Positions 1 to 11,860 of a stretch of 64,000 nt of DNA are shown here, piece after piece (position 1 is the stretch's first letter; each line of letters starts with the position of its first letter). The DNA comes from Camelus dromedarius (lineage: Eukaryota): NCBI RefSeq assembly GCF_036321535.1, contig NC_087436.1, forward strand, positions 47,184,001 to 47,248,000, given 5' to 3'. The notes under the pieces were generated by a model, which made no database searches, was not told the DNA's origin, and saw only the letters and a program-made list of their open reading frames with translations. Made by a program: the position numbers and the translations under genes.

Positions 1-404
1 CACGCGGGGCTGCAAGTCTGAGCCTGTGGGGTCCGTAGGCGGCATCAGCACCGCCAGCGCCCCAGAGCCTGCCTGGGAACCAAGAGCAGGAAGCGCTGCC
101 AGGACCAGGGCCGGAAGGTCTGATAACCACAGCAGGGCAATGGGAGTAATGGGATGAGTTGTCTTAATAAGAAGACAGAGGCAGCAGCAAACCTGCCCCG
201 CTGGCAGAAACACAGGCTGCAGGCAGCAGCGGGTCAAAGTAAAACAATGTCCTGAGAGGAAAACACCCGTCAGTCCAGACCAGGTTTCTCCCTAAGTCAC
301 AGCACACCTAGGCCCACTGTGCCAGGGCCTCAAGTCACTGGACACAGGTTTGAAACTTCAAGTCAATAAATTCAACGTGAAAAGGCAGGAGCAAATTTAG
401 AAAC

Positions 405-901
405 TGTGCAGAAAAGGCAACATGGTGGGCCTGAAACTGTTATCTTCAGGAAGGCTCTTAACGAGTGTCTGGAAACTTGCACTAGAAGTGGGTCTATGCT
501 CACTGGACCTAAACCGTTTGTGCACTGTGGTTTACGCTCACACCTGCCTTCCTTCTGAGAGCCAGGAATTTTGGTACTTGCCAGGCAGAGAGTACCTATG
601 TGACCAATCCCAGTAAAAACCCTGGGCTCTGGTTCTCTAATGAGCGCCCCTGGCTGACAACATTTCACACGTGCTGCTAGAGGAATTACGTGTGTCCTGT
701 GTGACTCCAGTGAGAGAGGACTTGGGAAGCTGGCACCTGGTTTCCTCTAGACTTTGCCCCATGCGCATTTTCCCTTTGCTTTCATTCTGTATCTTTTTGC
801 TGTAATAAATTACAGCCATGATTATGACTATATGCTGGTCCTGTGAGTAATTTACCAAACCTAGAATAGTGTGGGGAGATTTGGTGAGGCAGTCTGACAC
901 A
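405..901 (+). mobile_element. Solo LTR, MER21-like endogenous retrovirus LTR
   Basis: Starts TGTGCAGAAAAG and ends GACACA (TG...CA). It has an internal AATAAA and a perfect 5-bp TSD GAAAC at 400-404 and 902-906. The sequence resembles the MER21A consensus from memory. Confidence 0.8.
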
Positions 902-3589
902 GAAACTAAGAAAATAAATTTCAAATTCCAGGCCCAGCTGGTGATAAAACTGAACTGCACTTAGGTGGGTACCCTGGGGAACAGCCAAAGAGAGGGGTGA
1001 TGCCCATAGATGGGGTACATCATCCGCAAGGTGGGGGCAAGCAGAGGTACTGGCTTGGGGACCTTCCATTTTTGTCTTGGCTCCTCTGACAGTCCCTCTG
1101 GAATTAACACAAGTGATTTTCACCTTGTTCCTCTTAACCTCTGACCTAGGTCATCGTTTGAAAAGGCCAGACAGGATTCTTAAGATTCCTTCCTACCCAG
1201 GTCCCAATCCACTTTCCCCACTTAATCTCCAGCAGGCATGACTCAGGCTTTTTTGCTCAAGGGGCTGGGGAGGAATATTCAAGGACAAGATAGTTGTACA
1301 AGACAGTGCCAAAGCTGAAGGGAACAGAGACAAAAATAGAAACAGCGAGGACAGTGTCCTTTTGCTTAGGGACTTTATAATCCCACTGAGAAAACATTAA
1401 GGAAAAGAAAACAGCCGATAATATAAGGCTCCACATGTGCAATGGCAAAGAAAAAACAAACTGCCATGGTGAAGAATTCTGTCCAGCAGCAGATCTCAGA
1501 AGGCTGGATCAGAGGCGTACACCTAGAATAAGCCAACTTCCCAAAGAGTAGGCATTAACCCTAAAGAGGTGAGGAGAACAAGGAAAGGAGGGGGCATCAC
1601 GCCTTCTCTCTAGAAAGTCACTTTCAGAGTCGTTATAAACATGTTTGATGGGGTAGTCACAGGGCATTTCTGGTTATGTTGCAGAGAAGCCATAATGCTA
1701 TCCTTACGATTACTTTCTTTTACACTACAAGCAGAACCAAACGTAGAGCGGAAGCACCCTCAAAAATCAAAGAGAACCAAGAGAGACATGCACTAATAAA
1801 AACACTAAAATTCAACCAAGAAAACCCCTGGCCAAAAAAACATTTTCAGCCTAAATGCTGATTTTCCACGCCTATCCAAAGTCCTCTGATAAACTCCCGC
1901 AGCTGCCCCTGTCTCTGTCCACAAGGAGACACTGCGCAATTCTCACTGCCTTGCTTCATCTCCAGCACACTGGAGACGACACATTATGTAGACACTGGCC
2001 AAAACCCAGCAATTAAATCAAGGCTCTCCAGGCAACATTCTAGGAGAGCTAAGTGCACATTTCAAATGACCATGTTAAAGTGACTGAGTGTGTAAAACGT
2101 TTGTCCATTTTCCCATCCCAACAGAAGCACAGGAGGTGCAAGGAGGAACAAACCTCAGAGAGGAAGACAGATCTCTCCCCATGTGTCACCGATCATATCC
2201 TCACTCTGCAAAACTTCCCTCAGCCCCCTAGAACCTCACTGGTCTAAAAGAGGCTGTTTTTGCGGGAACTTAGCTCCATTTTTTTTCCCTACCTCAAATG
2301 ACTGGAGCATTTTCTATAATTTTGGGCTCTCTAAAATGCCTAAACTGGTATTTCTGGTCTAGTGAGACAGCAACAATTGTATACTCTAAATAGCTATCCC
2401 TTTAAACACTTTCCACTTCAGATCTTCTTCCCTTGGTTAACTCAAAAGCCTCAGGAAAATATGAAGGAAATCTTTGGTGTAGTCATTCCACAGACATAGA
2501 CAGAAAAGGGCATTCTGGTTTACACCCAAAGTGGATACGGTTAGAACTGAAAGGAGAAAATACAGGCAAAAAAGAGAAATTTAAATTCTCGAAATATTTT
2601 CCATTTTATGGTGAAGCTCTTGGTTGCAGGTCACAATCAACTGCACAGCAATAAACTTATATTAGAGCACAACTTCAAGAGATTTCAAGTTACAGCAGCA
2701 TTTTCATTCTACCCACCTACACAGAGCAACCCAACCTGATGCTCGAGTTCCTTGCAATCATTTCTTGCAGACACATCCAAGAGACAAGGTTGGCAACACC
2801 TTGAAGGCAACTTCCTGTCCTATTCATCTTTGCAATCCCAGTGCCTGGTCCATAGTGAGCATTCAATGTATATTTGTTGAATAAATAAATGATCAAACAA
2901 ACCACATCTAGCCTACTGCCCAATAGGTATTAGATGCCTGATGAAATTTCCACAGGATGAGTCCAGTGTCCTTTGATTCTATTAATCTACTCCCAGTGGG
3001 GCTGGTATCCCTATTCTACTTCTGCGTATCTGAATGGGCTACCAGCGAGATGGAGCAGGATGCAGGCAGTCTGTCCTTGCCCTCGTGCAATCCACGTCCA
3101 ACCTGAAAGCCGCACGACTCTCAGCCCAGACTGGCTCAATAAACTGAGGCAGCCTTAGCCATCACCAGTGGTTAGTTCTTCATTCATGGCTTCAGCAACA
3201 CACTGGTTTGAAAGCTAAAAATAGAACATGAAGTGCTGTGTTTTTCTTAGAAGCCAAGAAATTATACTGAGGTATACAAACAATCTGGACAGCAGGGAAG
3301 CTTTCAAATATACTGGATGAAAAATGCAGATTATAAGAAAACGTTTTCCACCAAATGACCAAAGGTCACCAACAAAAAATTGGCTCCTCAGAAGAGAGCA
3401 CTTTGGAGCTCCCACCCCAAACCCTGTGCTCCCCTAGGGAGGGAGGGGAACCACCATTCAGAATGCAGTGCTGCGCATGACTCCACATTCATTCTCTTTA
3501 CTGACCGCTGCCTCCTGCTGACTCAACAACAGCATTGTGCCTGCTCTAGGCTCTGGGGTAAGGTGGTGAACAAAATAAATCCCCTGCTC

Positions 3590-3975
3590 TCAGAGGGCTT
3601 TCACTCCTCATAGATTACTCCATTTGATCTTCACAACAGCCTTTAGGGTAGGCACCGGAAGAGTAAGCGAACAAAATCCGGATGTGGCCATGCTTTGAAG
3701 CTGGGGCTGCCTGTACCCAGAGCTCAACCACTGGCTGTTCTTGACCCCGAAAGGCATGGCTGGGTCCAAGGGGAACAGTCTGAGACAGCTCTGAGCTAGG
3801 CAAGGGCCAGACTCTGGAGCCCATCTGCCAACTGTGAGACAGAAATATTCCTGAACCACCACAGGCTGCTTCCTCATCTGTGAAAATCGGACAACAGGGT
3901 TGTTGAGAGGATTAAACAAGCGAATACATGTTAAACACCCAGAACAGTGCCTGGCATATCACAACAGCTTAACAA
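3590..3975. mobile_element. MIR SINE fragments
   Basis: MIR core-like text such as 'ttcctcatctgtgaaaatcggacaa...gttgagaggattaaa...cagtgcctggcata'. Boundaries are approximate. Confidence 0.55.
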
Positions 3976-4089
3976 TTTTCTTCTAGACAGGCCCCTTCCT
4001 CCTTCTGCCAGTGTCCAAGGCCTAATACTGATCCAGGTACAGTCTCCAATGGTAAGTTATTTTGTTTGGCTTTTGAAAATATAACTTCT

Positions 4090-4412
4090 GGACACTAATG
4101 AACTCATCTACAAAACAGACTTGCAGACATAGTTAACAATCTTATGGTTACTGGGGGAAGAAGGGTGGAAAGAGGTAAATTTAGGAGTTTGAGATTTACA
4201 AATATTAACCACTATATATAAAAATAGATAAAAAAAAACAAATTTCTTCTGTATAGCACAGGGAACTATATTCAATATCTTGTAATAACCTTTACTGAAA
4301 AAGAAAATGAAAACAAATATATATATGTATATGTATGACTGGGACATTATGATGTACACCAGAAATTGACACATTGTAACTGACTATATTCCTATTAAAA
4401 AAAAAAAGAAAA
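4090..4412 (+). mobile_element. 5'-truncated L1 3' end (lineage-specific subfamily) with A-tail
   Basis: Typical laurasiatherian L1 3'UTR text ('ctgtatagcacagggaactatattcaatatcttgtaataacc...acattgtaactgactata') followed by poly(A). Confidence 0.8.
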
Positions 4413-4621
4413 GAGAAAATACATTTGCTGATCTCACAAATTGTTCCCTTTCTAATTTTCATTTTGTGGTTTTCCCTTCTGCGCCCTTCCATTTTTACAA
4501 ACAGGCTGGGATCTCTCTTCATTTAAAAAGAAAGTTAAAAAGCAGGGGCGACACCCACAAGCTTCCTTAGCCACCTGAAGCCGGCCTTCGCTTCACCACA
4601 GAAGTCCTTCAGTTACTGGGG

Positions 4622-4870
4622 GGCACAGTGGAATGTGGAGCACATGTTCTAAAATTGAATGTCCTAGGTTTAAACCCTGGCTTAGCCAGTGACTGCGTGA
4701 CTTTGGGCAAGTTATGCAGCTTCTTTATCTGTGATTTCCTGATCTGTGATAAGGAATAGTAACAGTACCCATCTCATAGGATTGTAGTGAAAATTAAGGA
4801 AGTGAATGTGTTTAAAGTGTGCAGACCAATGCCAAGCACAGAGCAAGGTGCACAATGCTAGTTAGCTGCC
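4622..4870 (+). mobile_element. MIR SINE
   Basis: MIR core 'gtgactttgggcaagttatgcagc...atctgtgataagg...cataggattgtagtgaaaattaa'. Confidence 0.6.
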
Positions 4871-7561
4871 AGCCTAGTCACTACACTTGGCGCTCCCACT
4901 TTCTCCCCAGCCACGCAATTCCTAAATCCAAGCGATGTGACTTGCTCCACCACCACTGCTGTATGGAAGTACAGATAATGCATCAATGGTCTTCCAACTG
5001 CTAAAGCCAAAGCCTGTTCCTTGGCTTCATCTTCTGATTTTCCATAGCCCTACACACTGCCAACTAAGCCTTCCTTTTTGAAAATCTCCAATTTCTTCTC
5101 TACTTCTTATCTCTATCTGTTCCTTTTAGCCAAATCAATTCTCTTAATCTTCTCAGCCTCTAAACAAAGGTATCCTTCAAGGTCCTGCTTTCAATATTCT
5201 TTTCTTCTGTCTTTATATGCTTTCTGTCTGGAATCTCAATCACTCTCATAATTCCAACTGTACCTGAAACCAACGTATTCTGTCCTAAGCTACAGTCAAC
5301 AGCTTGACCCTAAAACTACTTTTCCTTGATCTTCATTAATGGTACCACAATTCTGAGAGTCACGATTTGCTGAATACTTCCTTTTTTTAAAAAAAACCTC
5401 AACTCTTAAGTACATCCAAAGAAACTCTATCCATCGGTCAAGGCCCATTTCAAAAGCTACTCCCTCCATGAAGTCTTTTTCCAAATGAATGCCCTCTTTT
5501 CTGTTTTGAAACCTTAAAGCTAGATTTTCACTGCTCTCATCATGCTGCTTTACACCAAAGTCAACTGTGTCATGTGGGTCTTTGTCGTAGGATCTCTGCT
5601 CTTAGATTTGAATCCACTGATGGCAGACGTTGACCTGGTTGTTGGATCCCCCAGCACTGATCACTTGCATGTGGTGGCTGTCCAGTAATAAGTGCTCAAC
5701 AACAAGTGCCTGGAGCGGAGGGACCTGAGCCCGTGCTCTCCTCCAGCCACAACGCACTCCTCTCTCGCACTGCTTCACAGCCCCACACCCCTGCCCTTGG
5801 GTTCCCCCAGCCAGAGAGCTGCTTGAGGGAATCCAACTCATCCTTCATAATCCAACAGAGACTCTCCCTCCTTCAGTGAAATCTCTCCCAACCTCTAGCA
5901 GAAGTAGTCTCTTGTCTGCACCTCCGCTGATTTACAGATACAGCAGATCTTTCCTGTAGGACTCCAAACACTGAAAGAAAATAGCATGGAGCTTGTGTGA
6001 GCCACCAGCTACGAACGGCTGCCCAGTTACATGACGGCAGCCTGAACCCCAGGATGTGCATACAACAGATAAATCAAAAATGAACTGGTTGTAAGCTATT
6101 TCATGTTGTAAAATTCACGAATTTCAGAATAAAGGCCATTATCCAACAAGTATGTAGGAGAAATTCCAGATGTGAAAGGTAAATTAGACATGGAAATCTT
6201 AACCAACACTTTTTTTTTTCCTTTCAACACTGACTTTTGATGATGAACCCAAAATAATACCTAGATATCTTTTCCAAAGAGCCACGGCATCATCCACTTC
6301 AGAGTCTGAAGTTGTTACCACAAACCCCAATATGGGGTAGTTCTGGCACACTCCTAACTGCAACCCAATGAGAATTTCCAGTAAATATAAACTTTATATA
6401 CATATATGTAGTACTGTATATACATACGCCTTTTTTTAACATACTTGTTTAACATCCCTTTTTCCTTACCGTGAGAAGATATAGCCTATACATCATACCG
6501 ATCTTAAGCATGTAAAAGACATACCTTAAAGTAAGGTATTTAAGTTGCTACAACTTTCATCTGTTTCAGGTGACATCCCAGATATAACAAGCAGGCGATC
6601 TGTGCCTTTATCACAATTAGTTGTTCATACTTGTTCTTCTTCCTCTGGACAGTGAGCAACTCACAGGCAGCAACCACATATTACCTTTCACCGGCCCCAA
6701 TGGCTAGCACAGGGGAACACCTAATATTCATGAAAAGAATGAATGAATGGTAGACCTATTTTTTTAAAGCCTCAACTTGTAAATTATCTTAGGAATAAGT
6801 TGTCAAAGAATTATGACCGGTTTTGTTGCTAGAAACATTTTATAACAAATTTTACATAACCAAGTTATTTTAGAATTATAAAAAACTGCATTACTAGTTT
6901 GAAAAGGATAGGGAAAAAGAGCTAATAACTGGAATCTTTAGTCAATTACCAAGTGGAAAAAAAATGCCACAAAAGTGTCTGTTATTTTGGTGAGCACTGG
7001 TGGTTGAGATCCCAGGCAAAAGGGGAACTGGAGAGCAACTGCTGTGTAATATGACCACCCTGTAATTTCAAAAGTGGATTTATGCTTAATTTCCTCCAGC
7101 ATGTCAATGTATCCTGTATCATTTATCAAAAGGGGCTGTGGGCAAGGCCAGAGGCCTGCAGACCCTGTGTTTGTGCCCATCTCTGAGGGGCTCATGTGCA
7201 AGCCAGGACAAGGATGGCCACAGACACACAACGTAGGTTTCCCTCCAACATAGGTTTCTTCTCTATCATATACATTAGGGAAAGTTAGGCACCTTAATTT
7301 CTGAACTATTGCAAGGTCAGAGAGTGGCAAAGTATTTATTATTCAGCTTTATTAGCTACAGATAATCAAGATCATCAATTTTTAGAGCAGGAAGATCAGT
7401 GTGGTAGCTTTCAAACTTTTAAGCCATGAAATCCCTTTTCCTAAGAATGTATACAGAAGAGCCATATATAAAACACAGGTCAGGGAACAGGGGTTTGGGA
7501 ACCACTAAGGAGATTCACTGAACCCCTACAGTCCATCAGGGCACAGTGTAAAAACCTCTGA

Positions 7562-8222
7562 TCTACTCACATTCATTAGGATGGCTATTATAAAAAATAA
7601 TGTAAGTGTCAGCAAGGATACTGAAAAACTGGAACAGTTGCACACTGCTGATGGGTAAAATGGTGCAGCCCCTGTGGAATACAGTGTGGCAGTTCCTCAA
7701 AAAATTGAAAATAATTGCCATATTATCCAGTAATTCCACTTCTAGGTACATACCCAAAAGAACTAAAAGCAAGGACTCTAACATATGTGTAGACCATGTT
7801 CATAGCAGCATTGTTTCCAAAAACCAAACAGTATAAGCAGTCCACGTGTCCATCAAAGGATGAATGGATAAACTAAATGTGGTATGGACATGCAATGGAA
7901 TACGATTCCACTAAAAATATTCCAATGTAATTTTATTCTTTAAAAAGGAAGGAAATTCTGACACATGCGACAACATAGATGAAACTTGAAGAGTTTAGGT
8001 GAAATAAGCCAGTCACAAAAGGACAAATAATTGTACGATTCCACGTACATGCAGTCTCTAGAGCAGGCAAATTCAGAGACTGGAAGTGGAGCGATGGTTG
8101 CCAAGCGCTGGGGAAAGGGGAGATGGGGAGTTACTACTTAACAGGTATGTACTTCAATGCCACTGAAATGTATATTTTTAAGTGGTTAAAGTGGTAAGTT
8201 TTATTTTATGTACTTTTTACCA
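7562..8222 (+). mobile_element. Old L1 (L1M-type) ORF2 C-terminus and 3'UTR fragment, followed by (CA)n
   Basis: The ORF at 7606-7836 gives 'KMVQPLWNTVWQFLKKLKI', a typical L1 ORF2p C-terminal motif. L1 3'UTR text follows. Confidence 0.85.
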
Positions 8223-8954
8223 CACACACACACACACACACAAACCTTAATTTACTGAGAAAAGAAACTAAAGCAAAAAAAAATACTCCTAAGATCACAC
8301 ACAGGCACTAAAGCGTTCTATCCAAAATATAATTCTGTAGGAGATACTTCTGTCTATATTACTAACTCCATTAAAGTTTTCAACAGCTCCTCATGAACAC
8401 AGAATAAAAGTTCCTACACATGGCAAACAGGGTCCTCCAGGAAAGGGATCCATCTCCTCTCCAGACACACTGTTCACTGTTGCCTGTTACTCCAATAACC
8501 ACAAGGCCTGTAGCTCTCCACATCTGCTACTGCCTCTAACCTCCACGCCTTCTCCCCAGCTTCACCACAGTAACCACGACTGAGTATCACTTCCAGATGC
8601 TTGGCATCCCCACCCCAAGATCCTCTTGGCCCAGGCACACCCCTGTACACCTCTGCATGACCTCACCACTGCATCCACCACGCTGTATTATGATCATTTG
8701 TTTAAGTGCCACATCCCCTACTCCAGGCTGCTGACTAAATGTCATTTACCTTTGTCTGCTGAATAAATAGACCCAGCCTGGCTATGGTGGGCCCTCAGGA
8801 AATGCTGACTGAACAAATACATCTGCTGGAAATGCCAAGATGAAAGTAGGTCTCCTGAAGGTCCAGGGCTCTTTTCACTGGGTGGCTTAGGGCCTCCCCC
8901 CATAATGTGAAAACACTTACACTGGAGTTCCGGTTTACAATGCACCATAGGAAG

Positions 8955-11410
8955 ATCCTGATCTCACCTCCTCCCACAGACACACTGAGTCTACAGCTAC
9001 ATGTAGAACAATTTCCTCTTTAAAAAACCTAAAGACGGGCTGAGTGACAAGTTTTTACACAACAAGCAAAAAAGAAAATCACATCAAGGTGCAAGGTGAG
9101 GCTAGGACACAGTCTCATCATAAACCCTAATCCTGGTGCAATGTCCCACCCCCAGGAGGGATCTTGGAACCCGAAGCTTCTCCCTGAAGAGCTAAGGGTT
9201 CGCAATCACACTGAACATTCCAACTTTGGGGATGTATGCTTGACACGACCCCCCAGAACACCTGGCTATGAAAACCAACAGGGCTCTTTCACCTCACCAG
9301 ACTCCAGCAATCTGAGAAGCTATACTTAAAAGGCTTGTGTGCTGAGATTCACACCCCAGGGCCCAACTCAGAGGCAGCTGATCAGGCCAGGTTTAACGTA
9401 AAGGAAGCCGACCTGCTTATACTAAAGTGTTGGCCTGAAGAGCCGGTATTTCATTTAACACACACATCTAGAAGCCTGTTGAACACTTTCCAGGGATGGA
9501 GACTGGTGGGCACCATCTCTGCACTCTCCCTGTGCCATGCTCCAGAGCACCAGAGTCTTCTGGTGGGAGGCTTTTGCACATTTCTGGTGTGCCAATTTTT
9601 GTGGCTGCTGCCTAGGGAGTGCCTCTTGATTGCCTGGCTCTGGAAGCCAGGTGAGCTTGCATTTCTGGCACCATGGGACTGTAATAATTGGTGTCTCCCA
9701 GAAAGGAGTTCATACACTTGTCTGGTGCCCCAATTTTTGCTACTGCTGCCAGGGGACATCGCTACATTCCAACTTTTGGGATGTATGCTTGAAATGACCC
9801 CCAGTGGGGCCTATGTTCATAGGTTCCACAGGACTGTAACCAACATAGAAAGAGTTCTTCAACAGCTACCAGAAAAGAACTTACACACTCATCTGAAGCC
9901 CCAATTTCTGTGTCTGCCACTCAGGGAACACATCCAGATCACCTGGTTCTGGTGGCCAGACAGGCTTCTGCTTGTGGTTCCACAAGACTGTATATATTTG
10001 GACACTTTTAAAAGCTGACGACTGAGGGTCTGGCTTCCAGTCACCCTGAATCTAGATGCCGATTCTCCCCTTTGGGACAGTTACAGGTCTTGGCACATCC
10101 TCAACTACTGAGAGCTATTGAAAATACACCAGTTGCTTGGAAAAGCACAGGGTTTGAGAGACAATCAGGAGCTGAGGCAGGGTTAAATGACAAGGTTCAT
10201 TTCCAACATGAAGCCACTCCTTCAAGACTGGGAGACGTAGTTGTTTCATCGACTGTACAGAGAGTCAAGCAAACCAAAGAAACAAAGGATTATGTTCCAA
10301 ATAAAAGAACCAGATAAAACCTCAGGAAAAAACCTTAAAGCAGAGATAAGTAATACACCCGATAAAAGAGTTCAAAGTAATGGCCATAATGATGCTCACC
10401 CAATTGGGTAGAAGAATGGATAAACACAGTGAGAATTTCAAGAAAGAGATGGAAAATAAAAGAAAGTACCAAACAGAAGTCACAGAGCTAAAGAATACAA
10501 CAGCTAAACTGAAAATACACTCTAGAGATTCAACAGCAGACTGGATGAAACAGAAGAGAGTTCAGTCAACTAGAAGACAAGGCAGCAAAACTCAGACAAC
10601 CAGAGCAGCAAAACAAGAAAGAAAAAACTGAAGACAGCTTAAGTATATTTGACAACATCAAATATACTGACATTCTCATTATGGTGTCCAAAGGAAAACA
10701 AAGAGAGAAAGGGGCAGACTTATTTGAAGAAATAATGGCAAAAAGCATCCTAACCTAGGGAAAGAAACAGACATCCAGATCCAGGATGCCCAGAGAGTTT
10801 CAAACAAGAAGAACTCAAAGAGACTCACACCAAAACGCATTATAATGAAAATGTCAAAAGTCAAAAATGATGAGAAAAAATTGACGTAACATTGTAAACT
10901 GACTATACTTCAGTTTTTAAAAAATGAGGATAAAAATTTTAAAAGCAGCAAGAGAACAACCACCTGTTACCTACAAAGGAACCCCCAGTAAGACCAACAG
11001 CAGATTTCTAAGCAGAAACTTTGCAGGCCAGAACGGAGTGGCACAATATATTCAAAGTGCTGAAAGAAAAAACCTCCAACCAAGAATACTCAACCTGGCA
11101 AAGTTATCATTCAGAATGAAGGAGTCCATCACCATTAAACCAGCCCTACAAGAAATGTTAAAGGAATTTCCTTAAGCTGAAAAGAAAGGGCTCTAATTAG
11201 TAACAAATATATATATGAAAGAATAAATTTCATTGGAAAGGTAAATAGTAAAGGTAGCGGATCAATTATTTATAAAGTTAGTATGAAAGGTTAAAATACA
11301 AAGGTAGTAAAAAGAAAAATAAGCTCCAGAATGGGCTCAAACTTGAGTTGCTATCAAAGTAAAATAGACTTGCTATAGATACAAGTTGCTATATGTAAGC
11401 CTCATGGCAG
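8955..11410 (+). mobile_element. Decayed L1 5'UTR plus ORF1 remnant and inter-ORF region
   Basis: Fragmented ORF1p motifs ('ILKAAREQPPVTYKGTP', 'NLQPRILNLAKLSF', 'KPALQEMLKE') and a coiled-coil-like region at 10380-10631. The upstream 5'UTR has diverged internal repeats. Multiple frameshifts are present. Confidence 0.8.
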
Positions 11411-11429
11411 CCACAGAGAAAAGTAAAAG

Positions 11430-11860
11430 CCAATGCAGGGAACTGGAGAAGATATTAATCAGAATCTATAAACATTTCCTACAAATCAATTAGGGAAAAA
11501 AAGGACAACACAACAGAAAAACAGGAATGAAATTAACAGCATGTTACTAAGACTGTATCTAAATGACCGATAAACATGAGAAGGGGCTCGCCTCACTAGC
11601 AAGCAGGGAAACTCTAATAACCGTACAATAAAAAGTCACTACCCCCACTAAAATGACTAAACTTTAAAGAAACAGCAATATAATCCTGTAGAGCAATAAG
11701 AATCCTCATACCCTGCTGGTAGAACTGTAAACTGTAGAATCACTTTGGAAAAATGTTTGACATTATCCACTGAAGTTGAATATATTCATATCTTGTGATC
11801 TAAGAGAAATGTGCACATATGTTCATCAAAAGACAGGAACATGACGGTTCATAACAATGG
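11430..11860 (+). mobile_element. Old L1 ORF2 3' fragment
   Basis: L1 ORF2 C-terminal region text ('catacccTgctggtagaactgtaaac...cactttggaaaa'), highly diverged. Confidence 0.6.

Noticed and set aside
9335..10018. 227-aa plus-strand ORF as a novel protein
   Set aside because: It has a non-ATG start and no recognisable domain, and lies within a repeat-structured L1 5'UTR.
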